A DNA stretch of 46,452 nt, from contig NMRA01000820.1 in assembly GCA_002633005.1 (NCBI GenBank), positions 82,934-129,385 on the forward strand, written 5' to 3'. The number at the start of each line of letters is the position of its first letter. Positions within the stretch are counted from its first letter, which is position 1. The DNA comes from Phoronis australis (Eukaryota > Animalia > Phoronida). Position numbers and translations under genes: made by a program. Below the pieces are notes generated by a model. That model saw nothing but the letters and a program-made list of their open reading frames with translations. It ran no database searches and had not been told where the DNA came from. Positions 1-12,021 of this stretch are shown piece by piece.

Positions 1-360
1 ATAGAGTGTTCTTAAATTTGTAAATCTTGAACCGGCATGGAAATACATATCACAAGCATGGCTCATTAGCTAGAGTGTCTGCACTGTTAGCAGAAGGTAC
101 TGCGTTAAAGTCTCGGTCAGGGGCAGAAATCCTTCCAGACTTATATTCATTACCTAATGTCATGTGGCAAACAGGTGGCCTGCAGACCAGGCTTAAAAAT
201 ATTTGTGAAACACATATAGAGTAATTTGGTTACAGGGACTATGAACAGAATTCAGCTCTACACAAGTAAAATAATAATTGAACTATATCACTTCCCAAGC
301 AAACTTAAAATGGCTAAAAAGTGTCAAACTTTTGTGTTAAGAAAAGATTTGCCAAATTAC

Positions 361-513
361 CGATGGTACTCTGTATGGCATAGCCTGGAATGCTGTTTGT
401 TTGCCATGGCGGTCAGTGCATCCAAGGATCTTCTTAGACTTAGAGATCTTGATCTGTCCCCATGTATTGCTGAGGACGTTGTAGTTAACCTCACAGTTGC
501 CTGCTACATCAGT
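361..513 (-). CDS. Apolipophorin-like exon 5
   Basis: Acceptor TCTTGTTTAG and donor GTAATT; 153 bp; encodes TDVAGNCEVNYNVLSNTWGQIKISKSKKILGCTDRHGKQTAFQAMPYRVPS. Confidence 0.9.
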
Positions 514-2828
514 CTAAACAAGAAAAAGTGTTTATTAGTTCATGCTCAAAATAACACCATGTAATTTGCAATAAAAAAGGCATGCAGTAACTTAAAATTG
601 AAACATAATGAAATAGTACAAGAGTAGTAACCCATATGAAACACCCCAGAAAAATTCAAATAGCAACATTAAACAGCCTTAACACTCATTGATAAAATGC
701 ATATTACACATAGTCAACTCTCCAATACAAAATGCAGTGAACAAACCTCTGTGGTCGTTTTATTTTCGGTTAGCTTGTCCATGGAGTTCTGGAAGGCCGA
801 CAGTACACCACGTTTAATGTTGAGTGCTCGCCAGTCCTCGCTACGTGTGTGACACAGCTCGGCAACATTTCCATCCTGGAATGCAAAGCGAAGCGTCTCC
901 GTCTCCAACAAACGGCGCATTTCCGTGCTGCCGAGCGAAGCGAGTCTACGCTCTGGGTTCGCGGGATCCACCTCTTCCAGGCGAACATTGCGAAGCTAAA
1001 ATGAAATAAACATAATATAAGCAATGTTAGTTCACATTAACTAAGTGCGGTATATGCATTGAACAGGTATGATAAAATCTAACATGAATCAACGTTGAGA
1101 GATGTAGCCGCAATCCAGATGGTCAAATATGGCGCCAGCGACTACGAATTTTTTGTCGATACCTAGCGCTACCTGGCGGTTGAATATTTAATAAGCTTAC
1201 ACCAATGTCCACTGGCAACCGATAGCAACAGGTTAGAGTCTCCTCAAGTTAATTTAAGAAACGGGAACAAACTTCCGACTATTAACCTACCTTCAGTGCA
1301 AACTCACACTTGTCTAGCACTTCGATGTCGGCTGTTGCCGTTATGTGTAGACCGGAGACTTCTTCTGAAGCGCCAGTCAAAGCGGTAATGAAGCTGGAGT
1401 CGTACAGGAACTCGTATGTTGTGCCAGGCATGTAATTGAACTTGCTCGACTCTGTAAACAATGAGAAAGAAAGGTGGCGTTATGAGGAAATGGCATTCAA
1501 CTTTAAATTACAGTAGGACGGGGCTGAAATAAAAAACAAAAATAATGTAGTTAAGCAGCTTAAAAAGTTGTAGTAAATTAAAATCACGTTGAACTCCGAT
1601 TTAAGTACTTGTAACTTCAAAGAATTAGTAATACGACAATAACTGCACACGGACGTGATTAGCATGGACATCGTGACAGTCAGTCACTGTCGCGTCGGAC
1701 TGTGTTGGTGTCTAATTTTATGTTTTTACAAAACACTTATTAGTAATTGCTTCAAATAAATTTTAAAAAGTAAATAAACGGCAAAACAAAAACAATTGAA
1801 GTAAAGCATGCATGTGAAAAGCCGTTGTTATCATGGAAACGAATCATCTTCAATTGAAAATGTCAAGAAGTCGACATTTCTGATTCATCGTGAGGGCACG
1901 TGACTCAACTTTTCAGTTGCTCATGTTAGGTGGTGACATCTTTTGTTCAGATTTTGTGCTTTAGTTATCTAATCCTTGTGGAGGAACGCTCTTTACACCA
2001 GGACTTTGGAACCGAACTGATACTCAGCAATTTTAATGTGAACAATTGCGCATGCGTACATAAACACAGCTGAGAGCTGTCAACTTTCAGCCAATCAGGA
2101 GACCAGGATAGAGTTGGCGCAAGAGTTGACGGAGAGCCTGAAATTCTAATTGCTAAAACCGATTCGAGGTTTCTTTGTTAACAGTCTATTATAACTGACT
2201 TACCTGGGCACTCAGATGAGCATTTTCTGTTTTCTTCAACCAGACTCACTTTATTTAACGGGCCTGGAAACAAACGGATGCAAATCATTGACCAAAAAAA
2301 AAAACTTGACAATCAGCCAAACACACATGCGCGTAACACTCGGGGTATAACAGCTGAGTGGGCTATCGTGTTTCAAAACAACCAGGCACCAAGCCTGATT
2401 TCAGTGAAGTAGGCCATAAAGAAAACAAAGCTATAATTTCAAGCAAGTTGGAAACGGCATATGATAATCGGAAACAGAACAAAATACTTCTAGGAAAATG
2501 CAACTTTTTCTTTGTAAACCCGAATGACCATCAGTTTTTCCAAACACTTCTCTTTTCCAATGAGGCAAAACTCGTATCAGTTATTTAACTAAGAAAAACA
2601 AACGGCAAATGTAAAATTCAACAAATCTAACAAAGAAATAATTATTGCACTAAAAGATTATACCTGAATTTTAGTTTTCATTGCAGTAAAAATGAGATAA
2701 TCACTCATTTATCCTGAAATCAATTATGTGAAATAATTTCACTTCTGGAACTAATTAAATGTGAAAATTTCCTTACCAGCATTGGCTCCAGCCAGAATGG
2801 CTAGGAGCAACAGTGTTTTGCGCTCCAT
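361..2828 (-). CDS. Apolipophorin/apolipoprotein B-like large lipid transfer protein (Vitellogenin_N/LLT domain), 5' part; join(2828-2777, 2263-2204, 1451-1291, 995-747, 513-361), continues beyond the left edge
   Basis: Manual splicing gives a 225-codon open frame with GT-AG boundaries and matching phases: MERKTLLLLAILAGANA/GPLNKVSLVEENRKCSSECP/ESSKFNYMPGTTYEFLYDSSFITALTGASEEVSGLHITATADIEVLDKCEFALK/LRNVRLEEVDP...LRFAFQDGNVAELCHTRSEDWRALNIKRGVLSAFQNSMDKL...TTTE/TDVAGNCEVNY...LGCTDRH...PYRVPS. The motifs Y.PG.TY.Y, LNIKRG.LS.FQ and E.DV.G.C are hallmarks of the LLT family. Confidence 0.9.
747..995 (-). CDS. Apolipophorin-like exon 4
   Basis: Acceptor TTCATTTTAG and donor GTTTGT; 249 bp, phase 0-0; overlaps ORF 714..971; contains WRALNIKRGVLSAFQNSM. 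Confidence 0.92.
1291..1451 (-). CDS. Apolipophorin-like exon 3
   Basis: Acceptor TGTTTACAG and donor GTAGGT; encodes ESSKFNYMPGTTYEFLYD...LDKCEFALK. Confidence 0.9.
2204..2263 (-). CDS. Apolipophorin-like exon 2 (60 bp, CxxxC)
   Basis: Acceptor TTTGTTTCCAG and donor GTAAGT; phase 1-1; encodes GPLNKVSLVEENRKCSSECP. Too short for the ORF track. Confidence 0.8.
2777..2828 (-). CDS. Apolipophorin-like exon 1 (signal peptide)
   Basis: ATG at 2828-2826 encodes MERKTLLLLAILAGANA (charged N-region, hydrophobic core, A-x-A cleavage site), then a phase-1 donor GTAAGG. Confidence 0.88.
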
Positions 2829-2859
2829 CACGTAATGGGCCCGATATAAGCGCTTGCTG

Positions 2860-2928
2860 TTCTGAGCTCTTCTGTGCCGCTCAGATTTATTTATACCGCA
2901 GCAAACGCACAATGGAGCTCAAAGTCCA
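2860..2928 (-). promoter_or_regulatory. Apolipophorin-like core promoter: TATA box plus HNF4-type site
   Basis: TATAAATAAA on the minus strand at 2895-2886, about 60 bp upstream of the ATG. Inr-like TCAGA about 30 bp downstream of the TATA start. CAAAGTCCA at 2920-2928. Confidence 0.6.
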
Positions 2929-4592
2929 AACTTCGTGGATCCTGAACCACGTTGATCTCAGCGAAATTTTATGATAACGCCCTCTATGCCAATCAAAGCG
3001 TTGCCCGGTCACGGTAATACCCTCTACGGTAGGGATTATATCGAACGCATCGTGATACGATGAGTTCTGTCACTTTAGTTCTGGATTTAGCATGTACTTT
3101 CGTGGCTGAAACTTTAATGCTGCTTTTCGTTTACTTCGTTATAGTGTCTGCACAAGTATTCATGGGGCTAACGCGCTATTTTCATCTGTCGCCCCGCGTA
3201 CCTATTCCAGTGGGGAAAAGCACTGAATGCCATTTTATTGTCATTTCCTGTTTTGCAACTATTCCTACACGGCTTTCGTTCACAACAGTTCGCCAGCTAA
3301 GTCTGTTATAGTGTTATCTGATCACGTTTTCTACTTGATGCACACCGTATTAAGTTTTCGTAGTTGTCAAGACAACCGCCTGTGTGACGTAAAGTTAAGA
3401 AAAAGTGTCCTTATTGACTCGATTAAAAAATACTATATGTGACTTGACCTGTGCATTTAGATCCAGTTCCCGACGTAACGGTTCTGCAATTTGCTTTGAT
3501 ATCAATGCCTTTAGCATGAACGTTTTCGTGCTCAATCAATGTTCCACACAACAAGCGCCTTTTGCTTTTTAATGGGCATCAAATGTTAACCCTTCAAACT
3601 TTGTGCATATAAGTTTGTATATATGAAATTGGAGGCGTTAAGTACTAGTGTTGTGTTGTCAGCAGCTATTTTCAAATTGCAATATTTAGCCAAAAAGTAT
3701 AATTAGTTGGTTCAGGTCTGGACCCAGACTCATCTTGAAACCTGAGCCTCGCTAATTAGACAAAAAAGCACACTCTCGCTTCAAATTAGCCAAGTCCTCA
3801 AACTTGTTTGAAAACCCCCCTTAAAAACAAGATTGTAGCGCCGTCGAGCATTACCTAGCCTGAATGATGTGTTTTCCCGCAAGCACAAATGCCACCAATA
3901 CAACCCTTCCCTCTCTCCCACCATCCCCATCCCCAACACGACCAGGAGCGCAGTAGGCTTGGCTTGGTTTTGATAACAATGAAAAACCCGCCTTACTTTT
4001 GCGCTTCCTACACGGTCTGTTGACTTCCAGAAAACCAAAGCTCAGAACACACTATGCTTTTTGCACCATCCCCCGGTTGCTGGTGCCCTAGCCGTTTCTT
4101 TCAGGATAACGACCAAAAAAGCATGTAAGTTACAGTCGCCGGCCATTCTCAACAGGGTGACCTGAATTTGAACCCTTCCCGGTGTGATTGCAGTGGCCTG
4201 TGACTTGCTGCAAATTACATTTTATTCAACGGTAGGTAGTCTAGGATATCGCAAAAGAGAGTAGAGGAAACAGCAATTTGTGAAGGAAAATATATACGTG
4301 AGCCCCGAAAACGTGATGCCTGTTGCGCTTTTTGGTCGTGTCCGTGGGGGGAGAGGGTGTCTGGGTCCCTTGTGTATTCTTATCCCCGATTCGTTTCCCT
4401 TGTAACACCAAAGTCCCATAAGCGTACCATGTAATGTTATAATATTTAGGGTGGGGTAATGTTCAGCGCAACACTAATGACTAAAGGTGGCACAAAACAC
4501 GAATGCAACAGGATTTTTATTTGAACACGGGTGTCATTAAGAGTTCACGGGGATAAGCTGTCAGCAAGTCTCTATAAATGCTTTCCTTATTG

Positions 4593-4897
4593 NNNNNNNN
4601 NNNNNNNNNNNNNNNNNNNNNNNNNNNNNNNNNNNNNNNNNNNNNNNNNNNNNNNNNNNNNNNNNNNNNNNNNNNNNNNNNNNNNNNNNNNNNNNNNNNN
4701 NNNNNNNNNNNNNNNNNNNNNNNNNNNNNNNNNNNNNNNNNNNNNNNNNNNNNNNNNNNNNNNNNNNNNNNNNNNNNNNNNNNNNNNNNNNNNNNNNNNN
4801 NNNNNNNNNNNNNNNNNNNNNNNNNNNNNNNNNNNNNNNNNNNNNNNNNNNNNNNNNNNNNNNNNNNNNNNNNNNNNNNNNNNNNNNNNNNNNNNNN
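4593..4897. other. Assembly gap (305 N)
   Basis: Run of N. Confidence 0.99.

Positions 4898-4962
<65 letters not shown>
4898..4962. repeat. (CA)n microsatellite abutting the gap
   Basis: About 32 perfect AC units. Confidence 0.98.
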
Positions 4963-4965
<3 letters not shown>

Positions 4966-5559
4966 CAAGAACTTATAATGTGTTTTGGTCTAATTTATGA
5001 TATTTGAACATTGTTTTTTCTCGGACCACACCTGTTCTCTGCTTCCACCCGCAGGCCTAACAAATGTATTAAACCTAATGCAAAAACGCCAAAAACAGAA
5101 ATTCAACATTAGGTGAGAGGAATGTGTTAGCGAAATGCGCAAACATACGCATTGCAGTAGTAAAGTTGGGAAATGCATACATTTTAGGTTCCCATTTTAA
5201 GATTTGACCCCTCGCACAGCGTGCAAAAGCACCTTACGCTGCCAAAGAGAACTTGACAATAAAATGTAATGCTCTGCACATTTTTGGAGAAACGTAAGGG
5301 TCATTTTGTTTTCCTCCAAACCCGTTCGATCAGGACAGGTTCCGGACCTCGCGGGGTTCCCCTATCCCCCCTCTTCATTCGCCTCTGGGGAATAAACACT
5401 GGAACAAAATGTAATGGCTCAAAAAGCTTTTACATTTTTTAAATTCAAAATCGATGTTGCAAAATGATTTACATTGAAAGTTTTCATGTGACAGTTGCGC
5501 GGTACCAAACTATGTACCATCCTTTGGTTACGGCAGATGACCTACAAAAACACAGGATT

Positions 5560-5715
5560 CAGTGGTAGATTTAGAAGGGGCCAAGGGGCCCATAGCCCCC
5601 CTAAAACTTTCCCAGATTCCATTTGGTAATTTGGGGGTGCTAATGTTTGACGGGCAAAATCCCGGCTAATACTCTGCCGTTCTCCCCCTAACTAAAAATC
5701 CTGGATCCGCCCCTG
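5560..5715 (+). mobile_element. hAT-like MITE, copy 1
   Basis: Termini CAGTGGTAGATT...GGATCCGCCCCTG (imperfect TIR); the body aligns with the copy at 14871-15017. No clear TSD. Confidence 0.75.
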
Positions 5716-6346
5716 GTATTAAAGTCTCTGTATATTTGGGGAATGTGTCCTTCGTTTTATGAGGTAATTTAACGACAGTTCACAAAAAGGCAAGAACCTG
5801 ACATTTGCAGCACGCTCCTCTTGCATGAGGGTAGTTAGAAAAGATTTCCTCTGTGGCTCGCAACCGGTCGGTGCCTGCTATCAACGGGTTGGTGGTCAAA
5901 GATCGGATTTCATGAGGCATAGGACGCAAAACTCATGTCATAATCATTATGCAAGTACCATCAGCAAATATTGAAACATTCCAGAACTTTCTCAAATTCT
6001 GAGAACACCATGTCTCGTCTTTGTGCAACGGCGGGTTCTTTGGCTATAATTGAGACCCATTTTTGAGCTCGACATTTTATGAACTTTGAGAACTGATGTT
6101 AATTGGAGCTTATGGTGCGTACTTTTCAACTTTATGTATTCGTGTTCTTTAACAAATTAGACATGGTCACCACCGTCCCCTTTTTAAGTTGTTTGTGGGT
6201 GGAATTTGTATAAGTATTCTTTCAACAACCGGCGGCTGGAAATAAAAGATATTTTTGATTTAAATTTTAGTTTCTGCTTATGGTAATGATTCAAAATTTT
6301 GGAGGGTAAACGAATAATTAAAAATTGTGTTTTGAGTGGTGGATAA

Positions 6347-6535
6347 GATTCCATGACCGCGCTCCCAAATTCCAGCGTCGATCACCTTGACCCCAGTCCC
6401 GGACTAGCAAACACCAAACTCGCGGTATTCCATAACCGACTTCCCTAAATTCCGCACACGCGCACAAAACTTCATATCCGACGGTCCGTTCTTCGGACCA
6501 GTACCTATAGAATCTAGATGCGCGACCATGGAATC
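6347..6535. mobile_element. Short MITE-like element
   Basis: Imperfect ~26-bp terminal inverted repeats GATTCCATGACCGCGCTCCCAAATTC / GAATCTAGATGCGCGACCATGGAATC. Confidence 0.5.
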
Positions 6536-9500
6536 GTTTCTATACCTCTTGTTTAATAACTGTGTCTCGTGACGAATTTTTAATATAAGGTATTTTAAAG
6601 ATTTTAAAAAGTTGCAAAAATGTAGATCAAGTCATCAAACGAGAAATTTTAGTGAACAAATTACCGATCTATAATAACTGGGACAAATACGATTTACTTT
6701 TTGCTTCGTTCGTTCACTTTTAAGAACTGTTCGCGGGGTTTATGATTGCTTTGTAACTATGGCGGCAAGGAAACACAAACGCCCGTCTCAAATTTTACAT
6801 GACGCAAGTCTCAACCCCATTCAAACTTCGTCATGAAAGTCCGAAGTACAAAACCATTGTAAAATGGCAGGCACATGATGTCGTGTTTTGTAATAAACTT
6901 TCCTCGCATCTTCCGGGTTTTTCTTAGTGTAATTACAGAAGTTTAGTTCAAATTGCAGCTAAAATATGTATCGTCAGTCTGTTTCAAATGATCAGAAATA
7001 TAATCCAATTAACCAATTCGCACTGCGTCGATCTCGTCCTAATTTCATAATTTAAATCTGATTGACGCCAGAATAGTGCAAAACGTTTTCTCCAACTGCT
7101 ATTCTAGTATTGATTTTGTGACACGCTAACCGCGTACTTTGCGATCACTTTCATTAAATCTTAAAAATTTGTCGTTATTTTTAACAATGATAATACAAGT
7201 AGTTGCGACCTGTGCAACGAGTACACTACAATTAAATATGAACGAAGTACATACACTTGAATTTTTCTGTACCCTTAACGGTGTGTAGCCGAATCACGAG
7301 AATACGTAGGCAGAAATAAAATGAATAGTTGCGTGGTTAAATAAATAACAGTCACTGATGAATAACGTTAACATTCACAGATTTTTCGTGTTAATATGTA
7401 ATATAGATCAACATAATTAAGTTTTCTACTTTGATGTGTTCTTACAGCAGAACTTGTTAAATATCTTAGTCTTGCAGAACTCGAACCTCTTTCTCACATT
7501 TATTTTCGTTTTACAGTGTACTTTATCTGAAACTTTTGGGACTTTCCTGTGTGCTGTAACACGTGTCCTGTACCCTTTCAGTTTGAGATAACATTTGAAA
7601 AACACGTACTCCCGTACTTGATATTTGGAATACCATTTAGACAGTTTAAGTTCTGATTCAATACCGGGTCAAGCAAATGTTACTTTACCTTTTCGAAACA
7701 GTGTTGGAAGTTTAGTCCTGGGTGTCAAAATCAAGAAGAGATTTGGTGTCTTTCATCCGACCACTTGTATTAGAATCAATAAAAATGAATTTGATATTCC
7801 ATTGGCAACTCTTTGCAAAATGGAGGAGAAGAAGCTGACTGCGGGTTCAGATGAGAAACTGGTGAAGTCTCAGAGGGGCGGGAAAGCAACCACTCAGGCT
7901 CCCTCTTAAAATTTTGCGCCCCAAACGTCATTTTTCCTCCTGTTCCGGTTGTCGAAACTTTCAGGCATCTCTCGTTGTCGAAGAATGCACAAAACAGAAA
8001 ACATTTCATTTAGCATTTCTTTAGAGCGACTACGAAAAATTATTTACTATCATAAATTCGATTATCTTGAGCTGAAAACAATCACAATAAAAATAGGCGT
8101 ATAAAACTGTTTTTGAACTTTTCATATACAGGTGTTATGCGAATGAAGTGATGAATATTTTAGTTCGGTTGACCTCTGCTTTATTTATCAGAATGTTGCG
8201 GTCTCTTCAGATTATATCAATAGCCCGATATCTCATGGTCATGACAAAGACAAGCACGAACAAATACAACTTAACCCTGCCATCACGAGAAATGAGCAAT
8301 TGTTGTTCAGACAAGCGCAGATTTTCATGTTGGCAACGTGGGCTCTACGGCGTCGAGCTGAACTGCCTCATTGAGTAGACATCTAGACATCCACATCCGT
8401 GAAGTAATTAATATTCCAACATTTGAACTCACGTATTCCCCGTAGGTCGAGAATTTTGGTGATTAATGAAATATTACATGTTCAAATCTATGTAGTGAAG
8501 AACAGTACATTAATTCTTACATTAATTCAGTATTAGCTCTCACTACAGCGACAAATTCAGACACAATACTGAACATAGTTGTGGAGACTCCCAGACATTT
8601 AAATGCTCATGTTTTCTTTCCAAGACACTCGAACAACACCCGGATGTTCGAACTATTGCAGTGTTTGATGAACTTCAACTTTTCTTTATCCAAGTGATCG
8701 CAATGTTTTATGGGAAATAGTTTTTGAATTTCGCTTCGCTGCGTTACTGAAATCACCTTCTTACATCAGTTGCACTTCGCCCTGCTTAACTGACTGAAAA
8801 CGAAAATCGAATTAGGCCCTCTCATAAAACAGTCTCATAATATTTATGTACTGTGTCAGAATTCTACTTCCGTTAGCAACAACAACATCGAAACCACCAG
8901 CGACTCAAGAAAACGCTTCTTAGTTTATTGGGGTTAGCAAACCTTAAACTTGCGAATTCGAAAATGGTGCATTTGTGCATGTCCTGTGAGTTGGAAAGGG
9001 AAGTGGAATCCTTCGCGGTAAAGAATATTACGCAGCCGGTTTATGGGGAGTTAAAGGTCTAATTCTGTTTTCGATTTTTACCAAGCTGAACAGACGAAGT
9101 GCAGCTATTCTCAGTCATGTATTATTTCGACATTTCAACATTTTATTTGTACAAGATATTTAGATATATAGCGTGTAATAATTCTTGATATTTACCTGTC
9201 AGCCACTTGTTCTTCTAATATTATACATTTGAATCCATATGTGTAACGACAATGCTGTTTACATATCGCCGTCCATTTCTTGGTAAATTTGAATAGTTAA
9301 GTGCGAATTTAAGTATATCGATATCCGTGTACCTCTTTGACACCCAGATATAATGCCTTTCGGCGCTTTCTTGGCTGACTTCATTAAAAGTAATTAATTA
9401 TTTTACATAAAAACATTAGAATATTCCACAGCTTGCATCTCTTAAGTACTCTAGAATTACTTAATCGTTTATTGTTTTTCATTTATTTATCTATTCCTCT

Positions 9501-11970
9501 TTTCTTTAGTAAATTTCTCTTCACATGAAATATCCTGAAGTCTATGTACTTATTTATTTTTAACTTTCTTTCTTAATTTTTCTTCGCATATGAGAACTTG
9601 AATCCTATGTATATATGTGAAGATTTTTTGTTCGTTTATTCCTATTTTTCATTAATTTTCTCTTCTGTAACATACATTCATAGGCTTCAAGTTATGATGT
9701 GATTTAAATGTTGTTGTCTGTCTCCACGGCTTTTTATTTTACAAATTTGTGTGTAATTTGTGAGAGACCACCACGGACATTAATGTCTCTCTTGTCCTAT
9801 CCGGGCTGTATATAACATTTTATTTTTCTCATTTAATCCCGATTTGTTTATCTTTTTTATTTAATTTCGTTTGTGTGTATCCTTATAACAAATTATCAAC
9901 AATACACAACTTCTACCGAGCTGTATTATCAAGAGAATGAATACACACAGCATGCAGAACATATGGCGGGAAATCTCAATAGACACTCAGCTATAATTCT
10001 CTGTAATTTTCCCGCCATATGTTTTGCATGCTGTGTGTGTTCATTTTCTTGATAATGCAGCTCAGTGCAAGTTGTGATACGTCGAGTTTTTGTAATAAAG
10101 ATGGAATTTCATTAAACCGTGATAGTCTGTATTATCTTCATGTTATGGCCAATAAACCAACTGTACCGGTTCAGACTTTGGTAGATGCGCCTGTGTGTGC
10201 GCTGAAAAGAGTTAGCGTTAGGTTTCTTTTTGTAGCATGGTCTTGCGATGTTGCCTAGTTGTCTCTAATATGAGTGTGCTAAGCGTCTTGCTCCAATAGG
10301 TAAAGCTGAACCTATTGCTGGAAACTCGAGGAGCATATTAGCATACGAGACATTGGTTAATAAAATCTTTGAAAGTCACATCATCTCGATTATATCTGAG
10401 CTTGCCTAAACTTGACGCGCATACTGTATACCGCAATAAAGTCATTTACACAATTCAATGAGTTGCTAAGAGATGAACTTGGGAGGACCGGTATTCGTTT
10501 GGGAATCAGAAACTGCTGGGAATTAATTAATGTTTTGGTACCGAGAAATCGACTTTGATTGGCTGGCTATGAACGGGGACTGTTGAAAACTCGTATTTTT
10601 TGAAAAAAGTTAACAACGCTGGTCTCGTGTCAAGAAAAGCCAGACGTGTCCGATCGAATAAATCACCTCTAGTTTGAACAGAAGTCGAGATTAATTTCAT
10701 TACTGTAACTGATCTAACTCAAAAGTTATTCTTTATGCGGAAAGCAAGTGGGTAGTTGGCATAGTGTTACTCTAGAGCGACAAGACTGAGTCGAGTGAAG
10801 GTACACTTCGATTGAAGAAAATGCGAAATGGAATGTGGAAACGAAATCACCTTCTGCGCTGCTGTCAACTCTTTGTAACCATACTCTGCTTTCATTTTTA
10901 AAAGATCACAAGGCAACGAAATAGTGTTGGGATCGATATAACACGAATTTTCATCACGAATATTTTTTTTGCTTTTAGTATAGCACAGCAAAGACGCGTG
11001 GGCTCTTCACCCCGGATTTCAGCCTTGGTTCGATGATTAACACTCACGGGACCTTTTTATCAGCCTAAGTAAATACATCCCCAACTGGCGTATAGGTAAT
11101 GAATTATTTACCATCGCAATGATTCATTACCTTTATCGGTCGTTTGGTTAGACTTGACATTAGATACAATTTATTACAACTTTGACTTTTGATTTACATT
11201 CTTCGGAAATGCGCAAAATAAACATTTTTAACAATTAAGCGGAGTTAAAAAGGAATGCAGGTAGCCTGATGTCATTTTGCAGTGCACGAGATCTGCGCAG
11301 ACCTCATGGTTGGGCCCATTGTACTAAACACCTGAGAAACACAAGATTTCCGTTATGGATCAGCAGGTTCTTCGTGACGGAATTTTTCAAGTCTGCCCGC
11401 CTCCTTTAAGAAAACGGAAGACTTTCCATTGGTTGCCATGCACTATGTGTTGTAGACATGCAACAGTTCCATCCAGTAGGTTGCTCCTTAGCTTACAAAA
11501 AGCTGGACATAACTCTACGCGGAGTTACAACTTACTGACTACTTCCACTCCAATTATGGCAAGGCGGACGTTTTGCCAGCTACGAACAGACAACTTTGCC
11601 GGCCACTGGTCGGTGAACAGGTGCAGCGACATTTCTCATGCAAAGAATATTTTAGTGCAAACAAGTATGGATCCATAAAACTAAACCACTCTCTAACCAG
11701 CTGAATGTTTCCATTTCACCTGACGCACGTGCGTTTTCGTGATGAGGTTATCCGTACATAACTGCCGTGTGATTTTCCCGTATGAGAATTCTATAATATC
11801 AGTCTTGAATCCTGTGCGCAGGATGGTTGTAAACTTACCCAAAAATGGTTGCAAGAGCGGGGCTGCTTGACTATATGTTAACGGCGGCTACATTTAGTAG
11901 AATACCTCCCATTTAGAGAGTGAGAATTCATATGTAGGGAGCTTCCATAAAAAGTAAAATTTTGTTTCTC

Positions 11971-12021
11971 ACACATCACCCTTTTCCGACACATAACCCT
12001 TTTCAGACACATCACCCTTTT
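11971..12021. repeat. 18-bp minisatellite, about 3 copies
   Basis: ACACATCACCCTTTTCCG / ACACATAACCCTTTTCAG / ACACATCACCCTTTT. Confidence 0.9.

Noticed and set aside
1-360. Possible sixth apolipophorin exon near 154-180
   Set aside because: The candidate acceptor leads to an in-frame stop or wrong phase with no LLT-like sequence; the next exon is probably outside the window.
4517-5007. ORFs with CVCV/THTH repeats
   Set aside because: Artefacts of the N gap and the (CA)n microsatellite.
5851-5910. tRNA or tRNA-derived SINE head
   Set aside because: Only a weak A-box-like stretch; no B box and no cloverleaf.
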